Assembly (NCBI GenBank): GCA_965645245.1
Contig: OZ287085.1
Span: forward strand, 1,364,001 to 1,428,000
DNA: 64,000 nucleotides
Source of the DNA: Massalongia carnosa
Lineage: Eukaryota
Direction: 5' to 3'
Shown: piece by piece, positions 34,548-46,792 of the stretch
How the letters are laid out: each line of letters begins with the position of its first letter
Numbering within the stretch: position 1 is the first letter of the stretch
Notes under the pieces: model-generated
What the model was told of the DNA's origin: nothing
The model's database searches: none
What the model saw: the letters and a program-made list of their open reading frames with translations, nothing else
Program-made: the position numbers and the translations under genes

Positions 34548-37500
34548 TGTTGGATGTTAGATGATGAGGCCACAATCATCATGGGCATCCATCATGAGCC
34601 TCGGGAGGTGCCTTGCAAAGTGCCTAAACAAGCAGAGATGGGAGACAAGGTCTGACCGTCAGGGGACAAGGTCTGACCGTCAGGAGGACAAGGTCTGACC
34701 GTCAGGGGGACAAGGTCTGACCTCCTAGATGTGACTGTTTTGTGACTGCTATATGATGATGATGATGATGATGATGATAAATTCTTACACCGATATGTCA
34801 CCGGCCGAAGGCCGGCCCATGCGGGCGTGGTTCTATATGACTATTGTACATAGGAAAACCTTTTAAGGAATAAAAACCTAGTAACCAAAATTATCGCCTG
34901 CGGGATCCCCATGACCCCTCAGTGTACCTAATAACGTGTATCTGTGAGGTCCTTGAAAGAAAACGGAAAAGAACGAAAGAAAAGGGGAAGAAGTCAAACA
35001 TTTCAAATGCTGTGTCGACGGGAACTATCCGTACAGCATGGTCGCTGCAATTGAAAACTGTTTCAGTATATCTGCCCGCATTAACCATGCTGTCAGCTTT
35101 TTCAATTTTGCGGAATTTTCAATTATCGTGCGATAATTGTTAGTTTTCACTTGATTAAATAATTCATTTCTTCCGTCTATCAGCTGACAGTGCATGATGA
35201 CGTGTTTGGCCGTCTGCCTTGGCCATCCACATATGCACGCCGGTGAGTTTACATTGGGTACTCTTCGGTTGAAAAGAAAGTTGGCTAGCCTGATTTTCTC
35301 CGTGCGAATTTGCGTTGCTAGTGAATTCTCCGCTTTTGCCAAATTGCTGTGAATTTTTAATCTCTTTTTGTCAAGCGAAGCTTGTTGAGCCTCGGTGGGG
35401 AGTGGAATGCGATTTTGATAAGTCGCCCATGTTGACTTCCATATTTTCATATGATGCTCCATGAGCCGCGTATGATGTGCCCGTTGGGCCGTTCGCGCTT
35501 CTCTCAGCTCCTTGAGATATTCTGGACTGGCCTCGTACCACGGGGGCGCGGAAGGCGGTAATCTGACGGCGGCCTCTCCATTTAAAATTGCCTTGGCCCA
35601 TGTGTGTTTCAGTTCTCCGGGTGTTGGCGGCGGAGTTTTTCTTCGACCCGCTCTTTCCCGTAGCTTATTAGCTATTATCTTGCATGCGGAGTTAGCGAGT
35701 GCTTTTTGCCCCGTGATTCGTAGTCGATATCTGGCTTTAGCCTGTAGTTGATCCAAATACACATCTATTGGGGCTATGTGTGTTTCTGCCTCCAGCACCG
35801 GTATCGGGGTAGCCTTGAACGCTCCGGCGACTGTGCGTAGGCATCTGTTCTGAATGACCGCCAATTTGGACGTTATAGATTTATTTCTATTTACGTCTTT
35901 CGGGGTGTGCCAGACGATTGAACCATATGTCATGGCCGGCCGCACCACCGCCGTGTATACTTGCCTGGCCCTAGCGAACGAAGCTCCCCAGGTAGACGTG
36001 GAAATTTTTGTTAAGGCCATGCTCTACTTGACCATCTTCTCCTGCGTTTTCCGTATGTGAGCACCCCACTTAAGTTTGGTATCTATTTGAAGACCGAGTA
36101 TTCTTATATCCGCTTTTGGTTTGATTAGGCTGTTTTCTATATTAATAGTAGCCGTCATATCAAATTTCTTTGGATTTCTAGATAAATGAATAAGCTCGTA
36201 CTTAGTCGGAGCAAATAAGGATCCGTGCCGTAGAGCCCATCTTTCACATTCTCTGTGAATTCTTTCTAGCGTTCTGCAATTTTCTTGCGTGCTTTTCCCA
36301 TATGCTAGTACATTGATGTCATCGACGAATCCGAGTCCGCTCGTTTTTCGTGCCGGGCCTGTTACATATTTCTAGTAAATCCGCATTGTAGAACAAATAC
36401 AGAATGGGAGAGATGGGTGAACCTTGCGGAATTCCGGTTCTCGCATCAAACTCGTCGGTGGTTCGTCGGTTGATCGTAAGAGTGGTCCTTCTGTTTTTCA
36501 AAAAGCATTCTATCCAGTTGGTGACCCACTGTGGAATTTTTCTTCTTCGAAGATTGTGGATCAGTCTTTGATGCGAAACCGTGTCGTACGCGCCGGCCAC
36601 GTCCATGCTGAGCAGCGTGGCAACTTTATCATTACCTTGACCCCACACTGTGTGAATCTGTTCGGTTAACAGCTCTAGTGCTGACTCGGTGGACCTTTCC
36701 CGTCTGGCTCCCATCTGGGTGCCTGGTAGTAACTCGTGCTTTTCGGCCATGTGAGTGATCTTGCTTGCCATGATGGCTTCCATCACCTTGCCTAGCGTAT
36801 TCAGCAGTGCTATCGGGCGATAGGCCTTCGGCGTTTCGTAATTGTCTTTGCCCGCCTTTTTCAGCGTTATCGTGTGCGCTGTTCTGAATGCTCGCGGGTG
36901 ATATCCCAGATTTACGCACGCCTGAAATAGAGGAGTTAACAACTCGGTCAGCGTCTCAGAGCACGCTTTGAGAACTCTATTGGGTATGCCATCCGGTCCA
37001 GGAGCCGTGTCGGGTTTGAGGCGTAGAATGTTCGTGAGCACCTCTTTCTTCGTTATGACTGTTGGGCACTCCGAGGCTGCCGGATAGACCGACCCGGGTA
37101 TGTCCTGTAGATCTGCCGGAGGTGGAGCAGGAAAGAAGATACCTTTCAGCATTTCAGCCTTCTCTTCGAAGGTGTTCGCGCTGTGATTGTTGAAAGTCAG
37201 TGTTGGTATTTTTGGTGTTTCGCGCGCCTTGTGACTCTTGTCCTTTGCCCATTTCGCCAGCCGCCATATGCCCTGAGATGATTCAGACGCTTTACTGATC
37301 TCGTTTCGGAATGACAATGTTTTGGCTTTCTTGATTATCTTTTGCTTTTTGTCATTCGATTTCATGTACGTTTTCCAGTCATTGATATTTCGAGAGGCTG
37401 TCCAAATTTTTCGAATTCTGCGTGTTTCTCTCATGGCGTTGTTGCAGTCCTCGTTCCAGAATGGTTTTGCATAAGCACTAGGCCTTGCCCATGGAACGGC

Positions 37501-40500
37501 CCCAGATATTATTTCATGTAAGAACTTTTGTATTTTATCCGTCTGTCGATCAATCTCCTCCACTGTGCGAGGAAGTGTTATCGGGGGAGCGTTGCATTCT
37601 GCTGTTCTCAACTTTTCCATGTTCAGCAGCTTCCAGGCTCTGCGTTTTGTCTGTGTTAGCGTCTCACTTTCCAAAGAGATGCGGGAGGATATCGGAATGT
37701 GATCGGATGACTGATTGAGTTCTGGTCTTGACATGGAGTGAATTAGCCTCTCTGTTAGGAATTCTGACATGAAAACCAAATCGATGGTGCTGAATGAGTT
37801 TCGGGCTTCCCATGTGACGGTTCCATTGGGCAGGGTTAGCGACAGATTGGCTTCATCGACTATATCTAGCAGCTGATCCGCGGCTGCGTGTTGCGTGGGT
37901 CTGGTGGCTCCATTCCAGAAAGGATGATGTAGATTAAAATCCCCGAGTAAGATGTGATGAGCGTCGGCGGAGAGCTGGCGTTGAGCATCTGGGAGGGTGG
38001 AGGGGCTGTCTCTTGAAGAATATGAGGTGGGTGATGGATTATAGACGTTGTGAATGTGTATTTCCTTGTGGCTTCCGTCATTCTTGCGGGGGTGCAATAG
38101 CAATGTGCATATGTCAGCGGTTGGAAATTCTACTTTCCAGCTTTCCGGATCTATTTTATCGTTGATGTAGAAGCACACTCTCGTGTCACCTCCTGGCCGA
38201 TAGAGTAGATGAAAGCCGCTTTGATGCGGGCTGAGCGTGGTCGCAGCGTGGGGTTTGCGCCACGGCTCCTGGATTGCTATGATGTCGTAGTCCTGTATAT
38301 TTGAATCCGCTAGCAATGGTATCATAGTACTTACGCGATCATTTCTGACATTGTACTGTAGGATGCTAATTGATTTTTTGTCCTTCATAAAGCTTCATCC
38401 ATGTCTCTCGAGGGAGTCGTTTTCGATTGGGTAGGGATTTGTACTTCCAAGTGGGCCCCTTGCGGAGCGGTCGCGGTGGGATTGTGGGTGGGGGGCGGAG
38501 CAGTTAGGGTGACTGCTGGTTTGGATGGGAGAGGGATGGGAGGAGATAGGGTAGTAGGGGGGCAGGGGGCACTATTGACAGCGTTGGGGGGTCTACCCAG
38601 AGTGGGCTTCGCCATCGCCCTTATTCTGTTTGCCGGGTTCATGATCTCGATGTCCTTCCATGTGATTCCGGTCTCGGCACCTGGTAGGCTCCTCGGCTGC
38701 TTCGCCTGTGTGGCGGATTGGGTTATTGTGCGCGATATTTTCCTTTTTTTCCCATTAATAAGACTCCATGTGGTAGGTAAGTCTTCCGTCCGTAAGTCTA
38801 GGTCTACCGTTGTAGTCCCTGCCTCTGCTGGGGGGGTTGCTGGCTCCGAAATTGAATGCTGGCGCCACCGCCAGCCCTTCAGCTTCGTATAGATGCGCTT
38901 TTCTTTTCCTTGCGTCGTTTACTTTCTTCTTCTCCTTTGTTCGAACCACACACACAGGGGACCACGCTGGGTGACCAGGCTTCTCGCACGTGGCACACAT
39001 GGGGTGGGCTCCGGTCGTCTCGGGATTGCACTCGTGCGTAGGATGTCCGCCGGCACAGCGCCCACAGGCCGTGGGGTGTTTACACCATTTGCTGATATGC
39101 CCATACTTATAGCAATTGAAGCATTGCACTAGTATGTTATTTTTGTGAAATCTTTCACAGTGCTTGATCTCGTAGTCTACGAGTAGACCTTCGTTGATGA
39201 GCCTGTTGGCCATCGGTGCAGTTTCAACTTCCATGTGCAGCGTAGAGTGCACTTTTCCTTCTCTGATGGCCTTGTTGGACCAAGCGACCTTTACGATCTT
39301 CAGTCCCGCATGCAGTCGGGCATTAACGGCATGTAGGTACTCAATGGCTCTCGTCTGATTGGTGACGTCGATGTGTTGCATCCTGACGCCACGTACCTGT
39401 ATGGCAAAGGTACGCCTTTGAACCGCTGCCGATGCGGCTACTTCACGCACCCAGCCCGTATTGTCATACAGTGACTTCTTAATCGCTGCCGTTTCGGTGT
39501 GTATCCTAATGTCTCCACTGTTGAGACGCGATACTCCTATTATTCCTGCATTTCTCTTCTGTAGCGCCTCCACCAAGTCCTTTGTGGACGTTTGCTTTAT
39601 TCTTTCTCGGTCCTCGCTCTTCGTCACTCGTATGGTGAGTTCCCTTGCCCTTTTGATCATACTTGGTGTTTGTTCCTTCGCTTTCTGCGTCTTTACGTTG
39701 TTTAGAGTGCTTCGAACCGGCACAGATCCGCCCTCATTGAGGTGTCCCGCCGCGGCGACGGCGGCATAGTTTCTTGCTGTTGAGATCTCCTTTCTGCTTT
39801 CAACTCTCTGTAGAGTGCTTTTGATATCATTTAGAGCAGATACCACGTGTGTGGTGTCGTGCGATTTTTTGTCTAATTGATTTTGTGCCTCCAGCACAAT
39901 TTTCGATTCCTGCAAAATTTGCAACGCTACCGGGTCTCCTACGTTACCCACACGGTCAAGATACTCTTTGATTTTAATTACCAGAGACTCTTTCGCCTTT
40001 CTATGCTCACTTTCGCACTGTGCACTTCTTGGTACGAGATTTTCGTTCATGGTCGCCAGGTGAAAGCTCGCCTTCTCGTATAAAGCAATCGAGATACGAC
40101 GATCTATCTCAGTGATTAATACAAAAGAATTTTTGCTAGTGGTAGGATCAGGAATTATAAAGAAAAGCGTGACTGCTATATAAAGCAGACAAATAGCCCA
40201 CATAGATAATCACCTTCAATGACAATCATGCTACTATACCTACAAAGTGAATTTATATTTCATAGGTTATGAGTCCGGCTTACTTCTGCTACGTCTGAAA
40301 AGCCTCCACATTGATTGTCAACCAACTTACCTCTATCCCTCCATCTACTCCATTCTATACTATATATATTCCCTACCTCCGTCCGCGCCAAAGTCAAAGC
40401 ATCAGTCCATTCCAGAGGGTTACTGCCCTATTCCTCATTTCGTCTTCCTTGTAGCATCATGGCTAAAGGGGAGAGCCTATACACGTTCCCCAAACTGATG

Positions 40501-43500
40501 GGGAGCGGGAACTATAAGAAATGGTCCAGAGACATGGCCTTCGCCCTGCAGGAAGCGAACCTTTAGAGTTATGTTACTAGGGCCCGGAAAATACCTCGAG
40601 AGATTCCCTTTCCATCAAAGAGTTCTGATGATGACGAAGTCTCTGGAAGAAACACCGGATCAGCTCGATAAGCGGGATCAACGGGACCTTGAACGACTGG
40701 AGTTCGAGGAAAAGCAAAGAAGAGTAGTAGGAAAGATAGGCAAGATGTGCACGGACGACGTGCAGCAAGAATTCTTGTCGATGAGGGACCTAGCCAACGG
40801 TGAGATCTGGAATCCCAAGAACCTCTGGGAGCATTTGAAGACCCGTTATACACTGAAGAACTGGAGTGCTAAATGGAGCACCTTCAACCGGCTAGAGGAG
40901 ATTAGTTATGAAAAGTGCAAGACCATTGAGGAGTATGGTAGCCTGGTCAGAGATATCAAGGCTGAGATCACCGACATTTCCCTCTCTGTCGAGCAAATAG
41001 TGGTGCTCAAGCTTCTCAACGGACTCGGTAGTTCATTCAGCACCTACCTAACCATCCTGAATGAACAGGCCCGGCGGGAGGATAAATTCCCTGCGCTGGA
41101 TGGACTACTGAAGAACCTGGAGTACGAAGAAGCTCGCATGCGCCAGGACCCTGTTGCCATAGCTAACATGCTGAAGGCAAAGAAGAATAAGAACCCGACC
41201 GAAGATGGTAGGAGCAAATGTAAATATTGTGGTTATAACCACTCCGGGAAATGCAGGCATAGCAACGCCACATGTAGGAAATGTGGTAAGACCGGCCACC
41301 TGGAACGCGTTTGCGAAGACAAAGGAGGTAATGAAACCTCGAAACCCCAAATAGTTTGTACAATAAGGGAATGTTCCGGGAAAAGAACCCAGGAAACACC
41401 GCTTATTTGTATGGCAAATCTGTACCGAGGCCCCAAGAATGCCCACGATCTATTGATCGACTCCGGTGCCACCGCGCACATTATATGCAATAAAGATCTC
41501 TTTCAAGAAGGGACCTTTCGGAGCGAAAATAGCTGTTTAGAAACTGGTTCCGGAGAGGTGTAATCGATAGAGGGAAAAGGCTCTCTGCTCGTACCACTGG
41601 ACAATGGAAATAGAGGTGTAACGAACCTCATTTTGACCAACGTCCTTTTCGCCCCCGACCTAAAATTCACCTTATTAGCACAATACAACTCGGCAAAAAG
41701 GGCATATCAACGTACCTGATGGCGGATGACAAGCCCGCTCAACTGGTGCATAAAGGAAAGGTGGTTGGACTGGCCAAAACAATCAAGAATCAATATGTTT
41801 TGCAGACAACCACTATCAGTCCTACCGAAGCACGGGCCCTCACCACCACAAACGGTGCAAAGGCCCCTATCCAAACATGGCACGAACGACTCGGCCATCT
41901 CAGCTACCCAAACCTCCTAAAATTAAATCATTTAGCCAATGGAGTCACCATCGAAGGACCCATACCAGAAGAAGTATGCGGCTCATGCATGATGGGAAGA
42001 AAACAGCGGAAAATAAATCACACTCCACGAACCCGAGCAACAAAATTTCTTGGAATAGTGCATAGCGACTTAGGGGGACCATTTCCACTGACAAGGTTCG
42101 GTGAACGTTTTTATGCTACGATGAAAGACGACTTCTCCGGGGTAGTGTGGATCTACCTGCTGAAAACAAAGGGTCAAACCTTCGAATGTTTTAAGCAGTT
42201 CAAGACATGGATAGAAAATCAATCGGGAAAGAAAATAAAGAGACTCCGAGCTGATGGAGGAGGGGAGTACACCAGTGGTGACTTCCAGGAATTCCTAAAG
42301 AGTGAAGGCATCCAGTGGGAGGCCCGGGCACCAAATGTGCCAGAACAGAATGGGAAGGCCGAAAGGCAAAATTATACCCTCATGGTCCCCACTCGGTCCA
42401 TGATGAAGGCTAAAAAGCTCCCAAAGTCCCTTTGGGGGGAGGTCCTGAAGACGGCCGGGTACATCGAGAATAGAAGTCCCGGGGTTGACGAGGTCACTCC
42501 ATATGAACGCATGAATAATGCGAAACCCTTCCTCGGCCATATGAGAACGGTCGGGGCAAGGACGTGGGTACATATCCCAAAACAGAAGCGCAAGAAGCTG
42601 GACGATAGGTCCTGTCAGGGGATATTTGTTGGGTATGAAGGAAACAATCAGTATCGAATTTACGATCCTCTCACTGGAAAAGTCCATGTTTGTCGCGATA
42701 TCACCGTCGACGAAGGCAATATATATGATTCCAAGGACAAAAAGGCCTGGGACCAAGCCGACATTCCATTGGAGGGAGACGATGATGCTTTGTTTGATGA
42801 CCCAGATGATTTTGTTGATGAAAACAAAAGTCATAATCTGCCATCTTCGTTGTCTCCGACAACTCCGAGCTCTGAAATATCGAGAAGTTCGGAAGTTCAA
42901 AATGAAACGGCCCCACCAGCACCACGGATAGTGCTACATCCAATGGGAGTAAATGCTTCGGGGGAGGCCGAGAAGAGGAGAATGGGGGGGAGAGTGACTC
43001 CGATGAAGTGGAGGACATTCCTCGCCAGCCCATCGAACCTCGAAGATCTGGACGAATAAGGGTCCCCAGTCAAAGAGCACTGGAGAACATTCGTCCCAGC
43101 ATCAACACCGTATTCAGTTCAAACCAGGTCCCGAAATCCCATGAGCACATGGTGCGGGTGCTAGCAACCCTGGCAGGAGGCGAGGACAATGAGGGCCTCG
43201 ATGATCCTTTAACACTGAAAGAGGCTATATCCTCACCCCACTGGGATCAATGGAGAAAGGCCATGGAGACCGAGTATCAATCGCTAGTGGAGAATGAAAC
43301 TTGGACACTAGAAAGGGCACCGACTGATCGAAAGGTGATCACCGGTCGCTGGGTGTTCAAAATAAAGAAAGACAGAGATGGGAAAGTACTGAAGTACAAA
43401 GCGAGATGGGTAGTTCATGATTATAAACAAAAGGAAGGCCTGGACTACCTCGACACCTTTGCCACAGTGGTAAAACCAGTCTCTTATAAGGCATTGACGG

Positions 43501-45037
43501 GAATCAGTGTAAAGAAGGGACTGTCCATTCATCACATGGATGTGGTGACTGCTTTCCTGTATGGCTTCCTAGATGAAGCCATATATGTCATACAACCCAC
43601 CTTGTTCGAAAAAGGGGAGAACAAGGTCTGCTTACTACGAAAGGCCCTATATGGCCTAAAACAAATCCCCTCGTGTATGGTACCAGACCCTGCAGGATTT
43701 TCTGCAAAAGATGGGGTTTAAACGAACATATTCGGATCATGGAGTTTTTGTATCGGACGATATCTTTATAGCGATTTACGTTGACGACCTTCTCATCTTC
43801 GGAAAAGATACTTCAAAATTGCAGCAATTGCAACACGAATTGAAGTCCCGTTTCCGCATGACGGACTTGGGAGAAGTCTCCCATTATCTGGGAATCGAAG
43901 TCGATGTCAATATCGAAAAATCGGTTATAACTCTTCGACAAACAACTTACCTGAAGAAGGTGCTGCAGCGATTTAATATGGTCGACTGCAGACCCATTTC
44001 CACCCCCATGGACCCCGGTGCCGGAAACACACTCATGCCGTCGGATGACCAGGCCGACAAGGAAACAATTACCTGGTACCAGTCGGTGGTGGGCTCGCTG
44101 ATGTGGCCAGCCATGCATACACGCCCCGACATCGCTTATGCAGTGGGAGTACTGAGTCGATATTGTTCGAACCCAGGCCCATTACACTGAAAATATCTTC
44201 AGCGCATTATGCGCTATATATCCAGTACCCTAAATACAGGCCTCGTGTTTAGAAAAGACACCGAGGATGACATTGTGGGATACTCGGACTCCGATTATGC
44301 TGGAACGAAAGATGGGAGAAAATCGACCGGGGCCTATACGTTTTTGTTAGCAGGCGCCCCAATTTCCCACTGTTCCAAGCTACAACCTACCGTCGCCCTA
44401 TCCACCTGCGAGGCCGAATATATGGCCCTGACGGAAGCAGCTAAAGAGGCCATTTGGTGCGCGCGATTTCTGGCCGAGTTAGGATATCGGAAGACGGACA
44501 CCCCTGTCCTACTTCGAGGGGAAAATCAAGGGTCAATTGCATTGGCTGAAAACCCCGAATTCCACCGTCGAACCAAGCACATCGAAATCAAATGGCATTG
44601 GATCAGGGAGGTGGTTGAATTGGGAAGGGTAAGCATCAAGTTTATCCCTACCACAGATGGGCTTACAAAGCCACTGGCCGCTAAACCCTTTGAGGACTTT
44701 AAGTCAATGCTTGGCATGGGCTAAACCCAAAGAGGCAAAAATATCCGGAGAGCCTCAAGATGGCTGAATTGGAGTGTTGGATGTTAGATGATGAGGCCAC
44801 CATGGGCATCCATCATGAGCCTCGGGAGGTGCCTTGCAAAGTGCCTAAACAAGCAGAGATGGGAGACAAGGTCTGACCGTCAGGAGGACAAGGTCTGACC
44901 GTCAGGGGGACAAGGTCTGACCTCCTAGATGTGACTGTTTTGTGACTGCTATATAAAGCAGACAAATAGCCCACATAGATAATCACCTTCAATGACAATC
45001 ATGCTACTATACCTACAAAGTGAATTTATATTTCATA
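34548..45037 (+). mobile_element. Degenerate Ty1/Copia element; 5' LTR (34548-34754 + 40169-40264) split by a LINE; 3' LTR 44775-45037
   Basis: TSD GCTGT (34543-47 / 45038-42); PBS GGTTATGAGTCC at 40265. gag-pol from about 40459 to 44724 shows CCHC knuckles, IDSGATAH, integrase, YVDD and RNaseH, with several stops and frameshifts. Confidence 0.93.
34755..40168 (-). mobile_element. Full-length Tad1-like LINE (ORF1 about 40050-38385; ORF2 38388-35025)
   Basis: 13-bp TSD GTGACTGCTATAT (34742-54 / 40169-81) and (ATC)n 3' tail. ORF1 has three CCHC knuckles. ORF2 has APE (QYNV, IQEPW, GDFNLH, SDH), RT (PQGSPISP, FVDD after a frameshift near 36345) and a C-terminal CCHC. Confidence 0.95.
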
Positions 45038-45682
45038 GCTGTTAGTTAAGATAGATGTGTAAACTTAGTTAAAGGGGTACGGGTACGGTGGTTGAGTTAA
45101 CTAGCGCGGTGGCTTTTTTTTTCTTTTTTCCCCCGGATTTTGCGCTCGTGTAAGGGAGTTGTTTATTTTATTTTTGAGTTTTTGGGTTTTTTGGTAGCTA
45201 GTGGCTGGTGATATGTACATAGAGCAAACAGGCTATCGTTACATATGGGTTGGGGTTAAAGACCCAAGATAAGGAAGAGAGAGGAGAGGGGGGTTGACGC
45301 TACTTCATGACCGCCGTCTTGGCTGTGCCCAAGATTACTCTCCCTCTCTGCTGATCGCTCTGTCGCTGCGAAGGCTCCCCTATTCGGCTTCTTCGAGTGG
45401 CCTTGACCATTGTTCTTGGCTAGAATAGAAATATTCGATATGAAATGAGGCATATAACGGCCCGCCCTCGGTTGTAGACCGCTTGGCCGATACACTAGAA
45501 TCCCTGTCGAGCGCAAGGGGAATATTTATCAAAGCATCTTTGAGGTTTGACTCTTGATAATGGCTGTTTGACAGTTTTCTCTCGTCCTGTTGAGGGCCTT
45601 GGTTTAGCTTTCGCAACCTATTATTATACTGAAGATCCATTGATTATTGTTACGCTGGGTATGGCACGTATTCGATGTCTGG

Positions 45683-46792
45683 TCACGCACCTGAGGGAGT
45701 AATATTTTCGACTGGAGTCTCCGGGTCATCGATCTTGAACTTACGATTCTCAAATGATAAGGGTTCGAATGAGGTAGACAATAGCTTACGTTTGAGATCA
45801 GATCTGCTATTTTTCGCAGACAGAGTAACTTCACTCTGAGGAGCGCCAGCGGTCAACGCCCGCGTGGTCGAAGGGGAGCTAGCCGGCTGAGGTTGTGGTT
45901 GAATCTTCTCAGGGTCGATAGTGAGCTCCCATGGCATTTTGTCAAAAACGCTGCGCTTTAAGACGTTATCGTACAGAATCAAGGGTTTCCTCCGCCAATT
46001 GTCCAGCCTTTCGTTCATGAGTGGACGGTTCCGCTCGCGAATCTTTGAGCTTAACAGCCAATCCCGAGTGGGCGCCCAGTCGAGAAAGAGGTATCTAATA
46101 AAATTCCGGATTTGCCATTCCGGTGCGCCGCCGTTGAGAAGTCCTGTGTCGATTTCGGCTCGACGCTGATCAAGGTAAGCGTTTAGATGCTCTTCGATCG
46201 TTGGTATAAAAATCGGTAGATCTCGTCGTGTAAACTTAGCTCGAACTTGTAGCCTTGGGAGCAGGGGACCTTCTGCTGTGGATAGACGCGGTGGTCCGAA
46301 TCGCCCGTATGGGTCTCGATAATATTCCTCTTCTAGAAGTACCCTATCTGGCGCCCAAACGTCGGGAATTTCGAGCTTGTTGCAGTCAACTGAGAGCTTG
46401 TATAACGCTTCCGGCCAGAAGCGAAAGTATTCAAACTGGGGATCATCGATGCAGGACTTCAACCAAATATCTTTGATGGACGTATTGTTTATCATGGAAT
46501 CATAATATCCCTTCCTGGCCCTATTACTCGAGCTCTTCCATTCTCCAGAAGCGATAAGATCGTTCACGATGCAATTTAATTGAGAAGATCTCACAAGCAC
46601 ATCGATTTCTTTTTCTGGCATATTATTTGCGCCGCTCCAATTCATGGCAAGAGTGCTTACTAAGACAAAAGGATGATTGTGCTTTTCAAAAATATAGAGA
46701 ACGTTATCCAGATAGCCTGAACATATTGGCCATTCTGGAATGATGGTTTGGGGCTCGATGGTGGTTATATCAAGAAGAGGTGACGAATTCAT
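45683..46792 (-). CDS. Hypothetical protein with a probable N-terminal nucleotidyltransferase fold (~369 aa, intronless)
   Basis: Long uninterrupted ORF. FEKHNHPFVLVSTLAMNWSG..EIDVLV resembles the pol-beta NTase hG[GS]..DhD layout but is divergent (ST for GG, ExD). Confidence 0.6.
   Translation of the reverse strand: MNSSPLLDITTIEPQTIIPEWPICSGYLDNVLYIFEKHNHPFVLVSTLAMNWSGANNMPEKEIDVLVRSSQLNCIVNDLIASGEWKSSSNRARKGYYDSMINNTSIKDIWLKSCIDDPQFEYFRFWPEALYKLSVDCNKLEIPDVWAPDRVLLEEEYYRDPYGRFGPPRLSTAEGPLLPRLQVRAKFTRRDLPIFIPTIEEHLNAYLDQRRAEIDTGLLNGGAPEWQIRNFIRYLFLDWAPTRDWLLSSKIRERNRPLMNERLDNWRRKPLILYDNVLKRSVFDKMPWELTIDPEKIQPQPQPASSPSTTRALTAGAPQSEVTLSAKNSRSDLKRKLLSTSFEPLSFENRKFKIDDPETPVENITPSGA

Noticed and set aside
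34626..34722. CRISPR-like arrays (also 5786-5845, 12321-12572, 28335-28397)
   Set aside because: These are head-to-tail tandem repeats without unique spacers, in a eukaryotic context with no cas genes.
40051..40203. Hydrophobic N-terminal extension of LINE ORF1 (MWAICLLY..)
   Set aside because: It starts in the host LTR beyond the TSD; the likely ORF1 start is the ATG at 40050.
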